Part shown: in pieces, positions 7,682-17,613 of the stretch
Position numbering within the stretch: the first letter of the stretch is position 1
Layout: each line of letters opens with the position of its first letter
Assembly: GCA_009602725.1 (NCBI GenBank)
Contig: WELB01000003.1
Coordinates: forward strand, 451,042-471,041
Origin: Spirogloea muscicola
Taxonomy: Eukaryota
Direction: 5' to 3'
Length of the DNA: 20,000 nucleotides
Position numbers and translations under genes: made by a program
Notes under the pieces: model-generated
Seen by the model: the letters and a program-made list of their open reading frames with translations, nothing else
Database searches by the model: none
Told to the model about the DNA's origin: nothing

Positions 7682-10600
7682 TTAGATAATTGGCGACTGC
7701 TCTGAGACCCTATCAAGCACCAGACCCATGCAGAGCTCCTGGCAGGACTCTGGAGTGCCCTTTTCAGATTCTTGCCCATTTTGTGTGTCCTGCTGCTGCT
7801 GTCCTCGTGGCTGCCGATTCTGTTGCGTTCCTCCTGGCAAAGCAGCACCGTTGCTTAATTTTCTCTTCCGAGAGGGATCAAGGATACGGAAATCTCTAGC
7901 TGTGCTCCGCTTGGCGTGCCTCATAAGGTTCACTCCTGTCAGCTTGCTTAGCTTGATCAGGTACTTTTCGTAGTCTTCCATGTGAAAGATGAGGTCTGGA
8001 ATAGTCCGGCTCTCCTTTCTTATGGAAGACAGTGAGATTTTCTGGAGTTCCTTTGCTTGCTCCTGAAGAGCAATGCAACAGCAAGTAGGCCTTTATTCGA
8101 AGCAGTTCTTTTATGACGGCGTCATGGCAGCTTACTAGATTTCAGATAGATCACCTGCCAAGCAGCAGCTCATAAGGGTGTACTACTTCTGAGAGTTAAC
8201 ATGTCGGCTCAAACATTCTTATAATGGGGCGAAAACGGGGGGGTACCTTCTGTAATTTATCCATGAAAAGGTAGAGTGGCCCTGTGATATTACTGCAAGT
8301 AGTTCTTGCTAATTGCTGGAAAGTGGACGATGGCAGGACCTGCTCTTGCCCTTTCCTTGCTAGCCAAGCTTTGGCTGTTGAGGCGAGGCACTTGAACAGC
8401 TTCATTGTCACCCGCAGGAATTGCTCAGCTCTAATTGCTGCACATTGTATCATCACAGAACTTGCTCAGCGCTCTCAACTGGAGCATCAATGTGCGGTCA
8501 GGTACTGCATCAAGTCTCCTTTTCGTCAAAGGCTTCGCAACAACACAAGGTCGTCTTATAGCAGACTGTCCAAGTAGGGGTGTATGATTGACCTGCGGGT
8601 CCAACTGTAAGAAACACAGCCAGCAATTGTACAATCAGCTCAAGTCTTGACCCAACCACTGCCTGCAGCTGCAGCTGAGTAATGTTCCTCCTGCTAACGT
8701 GTTGGGTCGGAGATGCGGTCTCTTCTACTTTCTCAAATCTTTGAGGATTTATGAGATGGCTATGCAACCAATCACAATCTTGGAGTGCCCTTTCAGCATG
8801 CAACAATAATGTGTTGAGAACTGCACTGCTTGAGCCCGTTGTCACAAAAGGCAGTACGGATGACTGCTCTGTCTCTTCATCTTGCTCTGCCAGGACCACA
8901 GTTTGCGCCTCAGTAGCAACAGAGAGTGCCACCTTTAGGTCGTCAAGCTCTCCTGGATTTGCTCGCAAAGAGCTGCATACACTTAGCCACAGCAACAACA
9001 GAGACTTTGCAGCTCCTGCGTGTTCTACACTCTGCTGGTGGCACATCTGCTCTACTTGCTTCAGTAGCATACGCCTCTGGTCCTCAGGGACGTACTTTAC
9101 AAGAAGTAGTAAGGCCTCTGCCACCACCTGCCACAATGCAGAATAAGAGTTGGTGTCATCTGTATTTGTGCTGCAGGATTTGGTCGGAGTATTTGGGCAT
9201 CTACATGAGCATCGACATGCATGGCCAGATTCAGCGTCATTGTCGCACCTCAGCTTCCTGAAATGCACAGGAAGCTAGCAGAGTCTGCAGCAATGTAACG
9301 ATCATATGTACGCAGCCAGAATCCTGTCTCTCAGCTGACCCCAATTCCGTGCTGCGATCATGATTGCAAACATGACTGCGTAGCAAGGAAGCCACATTGT
9401 CACCAGTAATGGCAACTTTTATGAGGAGCTTCACACATTTGATGGCTATGAGCAGCTCGTTTTTGAAATTCTCATGCTTGCTGCAATCGGCACTTCCACC
9501 CTTGTGCCTTGCCCCTGTATCCATCTGCCTTGTGTGCATATCCCCACACTTCAGGTCCTGGTGGTCTATGTTGGAGAGATAGAGCACAAGCAGCAGCAGA
9601 GGTTGGGAAACCGTCACCCAGTCCGTACACTTCGGACTGTCATCGTGCCCACCTTGCATGCTCTGCAAACATCTGATCCACCTCAAATACATCTCACAGC
9701 TGGCTAGTGCAAATCTGCAGAGGTATTGGCAGTCCTTGAAGCTTTTTGTCTGCTCATCAGCAGAAGTCGCCTGCAACTCCTCGTCGCCAATTACGTCAAG
9801 CAACTGGTAGGATGATTTTTTCATTACCGTCTGCAAGAGGGCAGCTATTGCCTTGGAGCCAAGAAGTGGTTGCCGCCTATGAGCAGTCAAGGCAGGAGAC
9901 TTTGTGTACTGCCTTGAGAGCTTGACTGCGGCAGGGCTGGACGAAGTGACGGGCTCGTCCACAGAAGCATTTTCTTTGTTCTGATTTCTCGCAGCCGGCC
10001 TGCCTGATTTCCGAGCTGGCTTGAAGATACCTAGAGAGAGTAGCTCATTGTGCAGCATGATGAAGTGCATGAGCTGTGCTTCAAGCACATTCCCATCACC
10101 GATTGCAGGAATCTCAAGAACCACAGAGTCAATCAAAATTTCAAGGATCCCCAGGAGTAGATTTGCACGCTCCTTGACTTCGAGTTGACAGAGTTTAGCT
10201 GGCACATGACCATTCACATAAACCCCAATACCTGCTAAATCGAAATTACGTTGATCAGGTCAGCATGGTTGGGTGCACTGTCAACGGTTGCTTGAGGCAT
10301 CAAAGCAGACAATAAGTAAGCTGGTTGCTATTTCAAGGCACATGATTGGACGGTTGAAGCCAACCAGACCGCTACAGATCTGGAGGACAGTAAGGCAAGG
10401 TGAAGGAAGAGGCAAACAGACTTGCAGGCTGGCTATGATGTAACCAATCCGTTATGTCTGCAAAGACTGCTGCAAAGCGACTAGCAATGCTTCCATGACC
10501 TGCCTGGTTCTGCAGAAAACAACCAATGAGACGTCATATTGATGACTTCCAGAATGGTCCATATAGCCCCAAGCATCGCTGACGAGCACCGACAACACTT

Positions 10601-13600
10601 TTCAATCAGACTGGCTGAGCCCACTGATGCATTGAGCTCACCACAGCCTGTGATTCTGAGAAGCCAAGCCTGATCCACTTATAATCAGTAGACTGACTTT
10701 TAGGAACTGATTCCAAGGATTGAAATGTAAGCAGCTCTTTGATGGAGGCCAGAAGCTGATCAAGCGGCTCGTCCATCACTGTGCCACTGGGAGTCTCTCG
10801 GAAACATTTGTTGATTGACAATGGAATTTCGCTCTCTTTGCGAGCCTACACAGCACACCAACTTACACTTCAAACGTCAGAAGCCTTTGGACTGGCTGAG
10901 CAGCACAACCACTGCCCTTGAGCTGCCCTTGGGCAACATCAAGCATAGCTAGACAGCAGATAGAGACAACTGCGATTCCGTGGAGCATACCTGAGGATCA
11001 ATATAATACTGGAGGAAATGAGATTCCAGCAATTTTAGTAGGACTTCTCGCATGTCTGGATTCGACTGAAGCACCTGTGGCAGGCCCCTGTAGCAGATAG
11101 TTCGAAGTGCAAACTGCATGCAATGTGCTGAAGTTGAGATAGCAACTTCCGAAAGCCGGAGCCAAGTCCATCAGCTTGTTACAAGACAGATACTAGACAG
11201 CAGAGGTCATGATACGAGCTTTTTGCACCTGCTGAGAGAAGCAACGGCGAAGATATGCAAGTAGCTCCGGGACAAGGTTGAGCTTGCAATGTTGAAGTTG
11301 AGCGCTGCTCTGGCTGCTGCTGCACTGACTAGTGCTCTGACTTGGTCCTTGAGATGAGGAAGCCAAGTGTGCCTGGCAGCCATCCACAATGAGTTGCAGG
11401 ATTCCTTTGACCCCAACCATCCTTGCTTGTGGTTCATGACTGAAGAGTGCCTTGCGAAGCACAACAACGGCATGCCTCTGCAAAAGCAAACATAATACTG
11501 TAAACGCCAGCGAGCTAATATCTGCAGTCAACATCTACAACAAGGCCAACTTGAGGACGACGAGGATGTACAAGCTGAATATATGCCTGTTGCGACCTTC
11601 TGGAGCTCTGCAGCCATGGGGACACAGCTAAGGATTTGTCACCTGCAGGTTGCGCTTGTACTGCAGGATGGGGGATAAAGCTTTCAGTAATGCCCGTGCG
11701 CAATCAGGGGGGAGCATGGGCAAGCAATCAAGACAATCTGTGAGGCGAGCATGGTATTCCATTATTTGGCTCAATCTGCTTTGTATAAGCTTCTCCATTA
11801 GCCTGCCACAGTCCAGCAGTGTCCAAGGAGTGCTCAGGGACATCAGTTGTACTCTGCCTTCACAGCAACTTTGACACACTGTCTTGTGGTGCATCTTGTA
11901 AAGACCAAAGCCTACCTCACAATCTTCACCACACGGAGGTTTTGCGGCCTGCTGACACGCAGTATGCATTGTTCAATGATCTGCCAAAGCAAAGAGTCTT
12001 GTCAAGGCATCAGAAGCTGGTAAGTCTGAAGGTCGTGAAAGCAGTGCAGCAGCAGTTGCAGCAGAAGTGATAATACTGTAGCAGAATGAAGTGCAGAAGT
12101 GCAGAGGCCACCGAGTAGCTATACCATATCGCGTGCCATTTTGTGCTCATCAAAGGCAATCAAGATCATCCTAATGCCAATGCACTCCATTGAGCCAGAA
12201 GAGTCCAGCAGCATGAAGGCTAAATGCACAGAGCTCTCAATTATGTGTTCCCCACCTGTATTTCCATAGTGAACCTGCAGGATCCAAGACTACGATTATA
12301 GGAAGTGACAAGCAGCAGTCTCCGAGGCAGGGACCTTGTTGTGATGGTCAACCCCACATCGAGTGGGGATACTCTTGTTGGAGCAGAAGCGACAATTGTG
12401 GGCCTAAGCTTGTCATGATCTGATCAGAGCCTTGGGCAACAGGTATGCTAGTTGGAGTAGCCGTACAGCCTGCAGGAAAGCAGTCTCTGCAGCCTCAACT
12501 GCCCTGACTGTCTCATCCTCTAGTGAAGGTGGTGTCCACGCAAAGCCTCTGCAGCATGTACAGTCGACCACATGACCAAGGTCAGGCAAGACGTGGAATC
12601 CGAGACAGCAAGTTCCCTTGTGGTCACATGAGCGTGTGTTGCACACCTGCAGCGTCTGCAGTCGTTTTGCAGTTGCTGTATGGTTGACATGAGGAGCTGA
12701 AGAGAGGCTTGTTTCACACCTCGTATTCTTGCCAGAGACAAGAGCACTGAGACAAGGAATGACGATATTTGCCGCTTGTGCACTTTGAGCAAGCGAAACC
12801 ACTCCTGGCCAAGCTCAGCATCCTGCTTCACAGCAAAGTTGATGTGGAGGATGATGGAGCCCTTGACTTGTCCTAGGGGAGTATTTGCTCTATTCCGCGG
12901 GCGCAAAAGCTTCTGCTGACTTCCTGTGTTTGCTGCAGTTGCCTTGGGTTCTTGTGAAGCCTCGACTTGTTCCGCTTGCCAAAAAAAGCCAGCAAGCTTT
13001 GCAGCCACCAGGCCCCTGAGGTCCCGTGCGGAGGCCAGAAGCAGCAGCTGGTAGACCAAAGGTGGCAACCCCTGCAGCTCCACCTCCCGCATGCCTTGTA
13101 TGACCTTCTTCACAGCCAGCTCAAGCTGCTCCCGCTCCATAGGAAGCTCCCTCAACGTCACTACCATGGCGGTGAGACTGGAGGGCGTCCAAGGGCAGGC
13201 CAGCATGCGCTCCAGCGCAGTCCTGAAATACGCAAGCCCTGGCATCGGGCTGGCCGGATGGTCCGAGCCATCCACAGGCGATAGCACTACTTCCGGGGAC
13301 AGGTGGATAAGGCTCAGGCACTTCGAGAGCATCTCGGAGTGCCTGCTATCCGCTACAGCCCCTTCAGTTTCCATGTAAGCTAGCATTGGCTCCACGACAG
13401 CAGGGAGGTGCTCCGCAGGAATGCGGCCTATCTCCCTCATCAGCTCCGTCAGGCAGTCCGAGCCCGCCCGCTCAGGCGGCAGACGGCCAGCGTGGAGCAG
13501 GCCCAGGACCGTGGTGACTATAGAGATGCGGAGGCCGCGCAAGCGCTCTGCCTCACGGCGGTCGCAGGGCTTGGTAGAGCCGCTGGTGCCACCAGACCGG

Positions 13601-13740
13601 AGCAAAGCTCGCACGCGCTCGCACAGGGCGTGGCCGGACGGACCGTCGGCGGCAGCCAGGGCTCGCAGGTCGCCCAGGAGCGTGGCCATGGCGGCGGCGG
13701 CGGCGCCGGCGGCCACGTCTCCGGAGAGGGGAGGCGCCAT
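7682..13740 (-). CDS. FANCI: Fanconi anemia group I protein (multi-exon; exon 1 ~13740-12647, internal boundaries only partly resolved; alternative start at 13689)
   Basis: Motifs ELQGLPPLVYQLLLLA, GSIILHINFAVKQDAELGQE, VVLRKALF (monoubiquitination-site Lys, codon 11451-11453), SQ cluster SSSQGPSQSTSQCSSSQS, LRRCFSQQ, EPLDQLL and C-terminal IPDLIFHMEDYEKYLIKLSKLTGVNLMRHAKRSTARDFRI. Confidence 0.9.
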
Positions 13741-13794
13741 GAGGGGCCACGGCGAGGCGGAGCGCGGCCGAGGCGGCCTCGTCCCCTGTGCGAG

Positions 13795-13903
13795 TAGCAG
13801 TATGGTGCTCTTTGCGCCATCCGGCCCTTTCAGGCTTTTGTACAATCCTCTGGGCTGGCCTCTCACAGCCATTGCCCTGCGTTGGAAGAGCTGTTTCCCC
13901 TCT
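13795..13903 (+). mobile_element. Diverged type B-like 3' UTR
   Basis: ctgggctggcctctcacagccattgccctgcgttggaagagctgtttcccctct aligns with 3957-4002 and 3781-3819. Confidence 0.7.
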
Positions 13904-13969
13904 GGGGATTAGCTGTTTCCCCTCTGGGGAAACAGCTCTTCCAACGCAGCTCTTCCAACTCTCCCAACT
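13877..13969. repeat. 24-bp perfect inverted repeat with internal direct repeats at a retroelement junction
   Basis: Arms at 13877-13900 and 13926-13949. A 20-bp direct repeat at 13889-13908 and 13911-13930. cagctcttccaac at 13933-13945 and 13947-13959. Confidence 0.9.
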
Positions 13970-14628
13970 CTGACGCCGGGTACCGTGCGGTCGTGGAAGT
14001 GAACAACATCATGCCTATTACCACGGATGCCCAGGGATGTCGTAATCGCCGCACACTTGACATTGTGGGCGTGCAACCTGGTGGAAGTCCACGGGCCTTG
14101 GTCGAAGTGGTTGTTACGGAGGCGTGTAAAGGTCCAGCATCGACGCACATCGTTGGCCACGCAGTCGGCAGTGCAGAACAAAGCAAGCTGCAGCACTACT
14201 CCGATTTCCCCCAATGCGATCAGCTCCTGCCAGCTGCAGTTGACATCTTTGGCTGCTTAGGTCCTCGTTTCCACACTCTCCTGCAGAATATTGCCAATCT
14301 AGGCTATGCACGACGTGCAGATGTGTTTCCGGCTGAGATGGGCCTGCCAGCTGCATATCTGTCGTTCTTGCGACGACGCATTTCGGCCTATTTGCAGCGT
14401 GCTTAGGCTAATGCTTTGCACCAGAAAGCTGGGCGTGCTCTAGTTGGTAGCAGAAGGGCTTCGTATCTGCCATCCAGTATTCAGGCATCGAGTAGCGACC
14501 TTTATGTACTGACCCGTGGTTACTGAGCGGGTCAATCTGCTGTAGATGATGTACGTCTCTAGATGTGCTTGCCTTTGTACTTGGCCATTTGGCCTTTGTT
14601 TGGTTCAAGTACACGAAAATATCCTCTG
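13970..14628 (+). mobile_element. 5'-truncated CRE-like non-LTR retrotransposon (type C) retaining the restriction-like endonuclease region and 3' UTR
   Basis: VVEV...RRTLDIVGVQPGGSPRALVEVVVT...AEQSKLQHY...LLPAAVDIFGCLGP...LRRRISAYLQRA*ANALHQKAGRAL...SDLYVLTRGY* (stop 14524-14526). This fits the RLE pattern RxxD...(D/E)VxV...AExxKxxxY...PxAx(D/E)xxG. One nonsense codon at 14404-14406. Confidence 0.82.
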
Positions 14629-14867
14629 GGATTCAACGTCCAAGTTCAAAGCTTCGTAATGTCGTGGTTGGCGGGCCCGGCGGACGCCAACCACGGCCTG
14701 GCGGGCCCGCCCGTTCCGCCCGACGGCGGCGCCCGGCGCCGCCGTTCCGTCGCGCCCGACGACCGGCTCCCCGAGGCCAAAAGCNCGCCGCCGGCTCCGG
14801 CTGGCTAGCCCCGGCTGCGCCACCCTCCAGATACACCGCAGCCGCCGCCGCCTCCAGGCCCGCGGCG

Positions 14868-17346
14868 ATGGCGCCGGGCTGCCCGCCGAACTTCGTGGAG
14901 GTCGGCGCGGAGCTGGCGAGCGCCGCCGGCCGGATCGTCCTGCAGTACTTCCGCCAGGGCCTGGCGGTGGAGGACAAGCAGGATCTAAGTGCGATCCGGC
15001 TGCTGCTGGCCCTGTCTGCCCCCCGGCGCGGCCGCCTGCCCTCCATTGCTCGCTAGAGCTTCTGCAAGTGCTCGCTGTGCGCGTCAGCTTGGTCCTTGAC
15101 GCCGGAGTCGCCGCGGTGGGGCAGGTCCGGTGACCATCGCCGACCGCAAGGCGGAGGCGGCCATGCGCGCCATCCTCCGGGAGCGGCTGCCATCGCACGC
15201 CATGTGGGCGCCTGATGGCGCTCCCGCTGCCCCTTCACTGTTACGCAGCTCGCGACAGAAGCAGCTCCAGGAGCCGTTACTCTCGCAATGGGCCGCCAGT
15301 CCTAGCGAGCAACCGGCATATTGAGGTGGGAGCACCATGCATGCCAGCTAACCAGGATGGGGCCGCCTCGTCCTTCCGGCAGCTACGGAGAGGAGGAAGG
15401 CTTGGAGGTAGGCCACGGCGACGGCGAGTGGTTCTGGGTGCTGGACCCAATTGACGGCACCAAGAGCTTCATCACTGGTAACCGTCCTTACGTCACGGAG
15501 TCTCTTGGAATCACTCTGCCACGATGCTGAAGCCCTGAGTTACTGGTACTGGTTCAGAGAGTCTTTTGGAGGAGTGTGCTGACGGCTGTATGTGAAAGAA
15601 GACTGACTCGTGGCTCAGACCCCTGCACGCTTGATGGAGGCCACAGGAAAGCCGTTATTTGGAACGCTCATCGCCCTGCTGCACCACGGTGTTCCGGTCA
15701 GTAATACACTTCCTGCAGTGCATGTGATAGTATTCACTATCATGATGTGGCAGCTTGAGCATTTGAATGAAATGGCTTTCGCGTCTCACAACAGAGGAAA
15801 TGAAATGCCCATCCAGTACTCATCATGACTCGTTACGTTGTTGTGGCGTGTAATGGAAGGGCTCTTGTAATGCCCTTAATCAGAACCTCATGTGCCCTGC
15901 CGCCTTAGAGACTCATTTAGCCAGCTCTGCTCTGTAGGTCTTGGGGGTGATTGACCAACCCGTGCTTCGCGAGCGATGGATTGGAGTACAAGGTCAGCCA
16001 ACGACACTTAATGGCACCCCTATCAGGGTTCGCCCCTGCAAGGACATTGCTTCAGCATACATGTAAGCTGCATGTCACAGGTGTGTTTAGCCCCTCTCAA
16101 GTATAGAAACGCAGGATTGGTGGTGAACTTGAACGGAGCTGCTATTTTAGAAATATTGGTGAATATATGCTGTTGCGCTTGTCACAGTCACGCTAGGGAG
16201 GCTTTGGCACTGCTCATTCACCGGCATGTTGCAGGTATTCAACAACTCCCCACATGTTTGTTGGACAAGCTGACGATGCCTTCCAGAGGATACGTAGCAA
16301 GGTGAGGTGCAATAGCCTGTTTGTTGTTTAAGCACGTTTTGCTTTGTGGAAGTAGTGAGACTTAGGCTCACCTGGTCAATTGCCTGGCCAGACATGGCAA
16401 TGTGACCTCTCGAATTGGCCTCATGCCCTAGTTGCAAACCATGCCAGGTGAAGATGCCTCTTTACGGGTGTGATTGCTATGCCTATGGACTGCTTGCAGC
16501 TGGGCATGTTGACCTTGTGGTGGAAGCTGATCTGAAGGTAAGTATGACCCCTGAGCCAAAGTTTATGCAACTAAACATACTGTGAGCTAGCTACATTATG
16601 CCAGCGATAGTGCAGCAAGTTGGGAGGATGTAGCTCACTAGCACGCGTAATCCAGAGCATAGACTGCCTAGCTTCAAGGTAGCGTAATAGCAATGCTCGC
16701 CATGCTATGCACAGTCGCTGCTTCCGTTATACTGTGAAGATGTGAAGGACATTCCCAAGCTTTTAAGATACCAAGTCCTACAGCAAATTGTGTACATTAC
16801 ACTCAGATAACTGGAATGGTAATTGCTATGTCCAAAAGCATAGACCAATATAGTGCAAAGTCCGACCTCTCTCCCCCTCCCTAGGAGGTGATCCCACAGT
16901 GGTCCATTACCAGTCCTTTCTTGCTTGTTGCTGTTGGAAGTCTCTAAGAGGCCTGTTGTATGAGCTGTGCGAGGATGCAGCCATATGACTACATGGCATT
17001 GGTGCCAGTCATTGAGGGTGCTGGCGGCCGCATCACGGACTGGCGAGGCAACAGCTTGAATTGGTCTCCATTCGTTCTGGAAGACGGTGAGTACTTGACT
17101 TGCACCTTGAATATGCAAGGAACTTGGAACAACCTCGGGAACTCAGACTCAAAGCAGACTTAGCCAAGCGCCTTAGATGGTCAACTGCCAGAGTCACACA
17201 ATCCTGATTGCATATTTGCAATAGCTAATTGTCGCCCAACGTTTGTTTGAGGAGCAGGTGAAGCGCAGTTGGCAGCTGGCGAGGTTGTTGCAGCTGGAGA
17301 CTCAGCTGTTCACAGAGCTGCTCTGGCGGCTCTGGCCTGGCATTGA
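14868..17346 (+). CDS. HISN7: Histidinol-phosphate phosphatase HISN7/IMPL2 (inositol monophosphatase family), exons 14868-14988, 15125-15203, 15383-15477, 15647-15696, 15938-16062, 16235-16301, 16448-16537, 16981-17086, 17258-17346; the true start is probably upstream
   Basis: Motifs KQDLSPVTIADR, YGEEEG, WVLDPIDGTKSFITGKPLFGTLIAL, LGVIDQPVLRERWIG, YGCDCYAYGLLAAG and LKPYDYMALVPVIEGAGGRITDWRG. Confidence 0.93.
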
Positions 17347-17613
17347 CGACTGCATTTTTTGCGCTACTGTGCGCTTTGCTGCTAGGAAGACTTGTGGTCA
17401 GCACTTTGTGGTCACACAGCAAGTTGCTGATGTGGCACACCATTGTGGTTCAGGGGGCAAGTCTCAGCAATTTTGTCTGACGTGCCTAGCCAGCTTGGTT
17501 TCAGCTTTGTCCAAGCACATGTACACACATCGAGACACCCCCCTTTGACCTTGATCAGCTAATTAGACTTCTGTCACACGTATTCAATGCTGAGATTGCT
17601 CTGCAGCTGCAGA

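Noticed and set aside
10495..10510. Apparent GC donor in FANCI (CCAG|GCAGGT on the minus strand)
   Set aside because: A GT-AG model with an exon starting near 10510 (NQAGHGSIASRFAAVFADITDWL) fits the frame without needing it.
13741..13872. N-terminal extension of FANCI given by the ORF track (start at 13872)
   Set aside because: It runs through an antisense retroelement 3' UTR. ATG 13740 or 13689 is more plausible.
13877..13949. MITE
   Set aside because: No TSD, single copy in the window, and the left arm is simply the terminus of the adjacent type B-like element.
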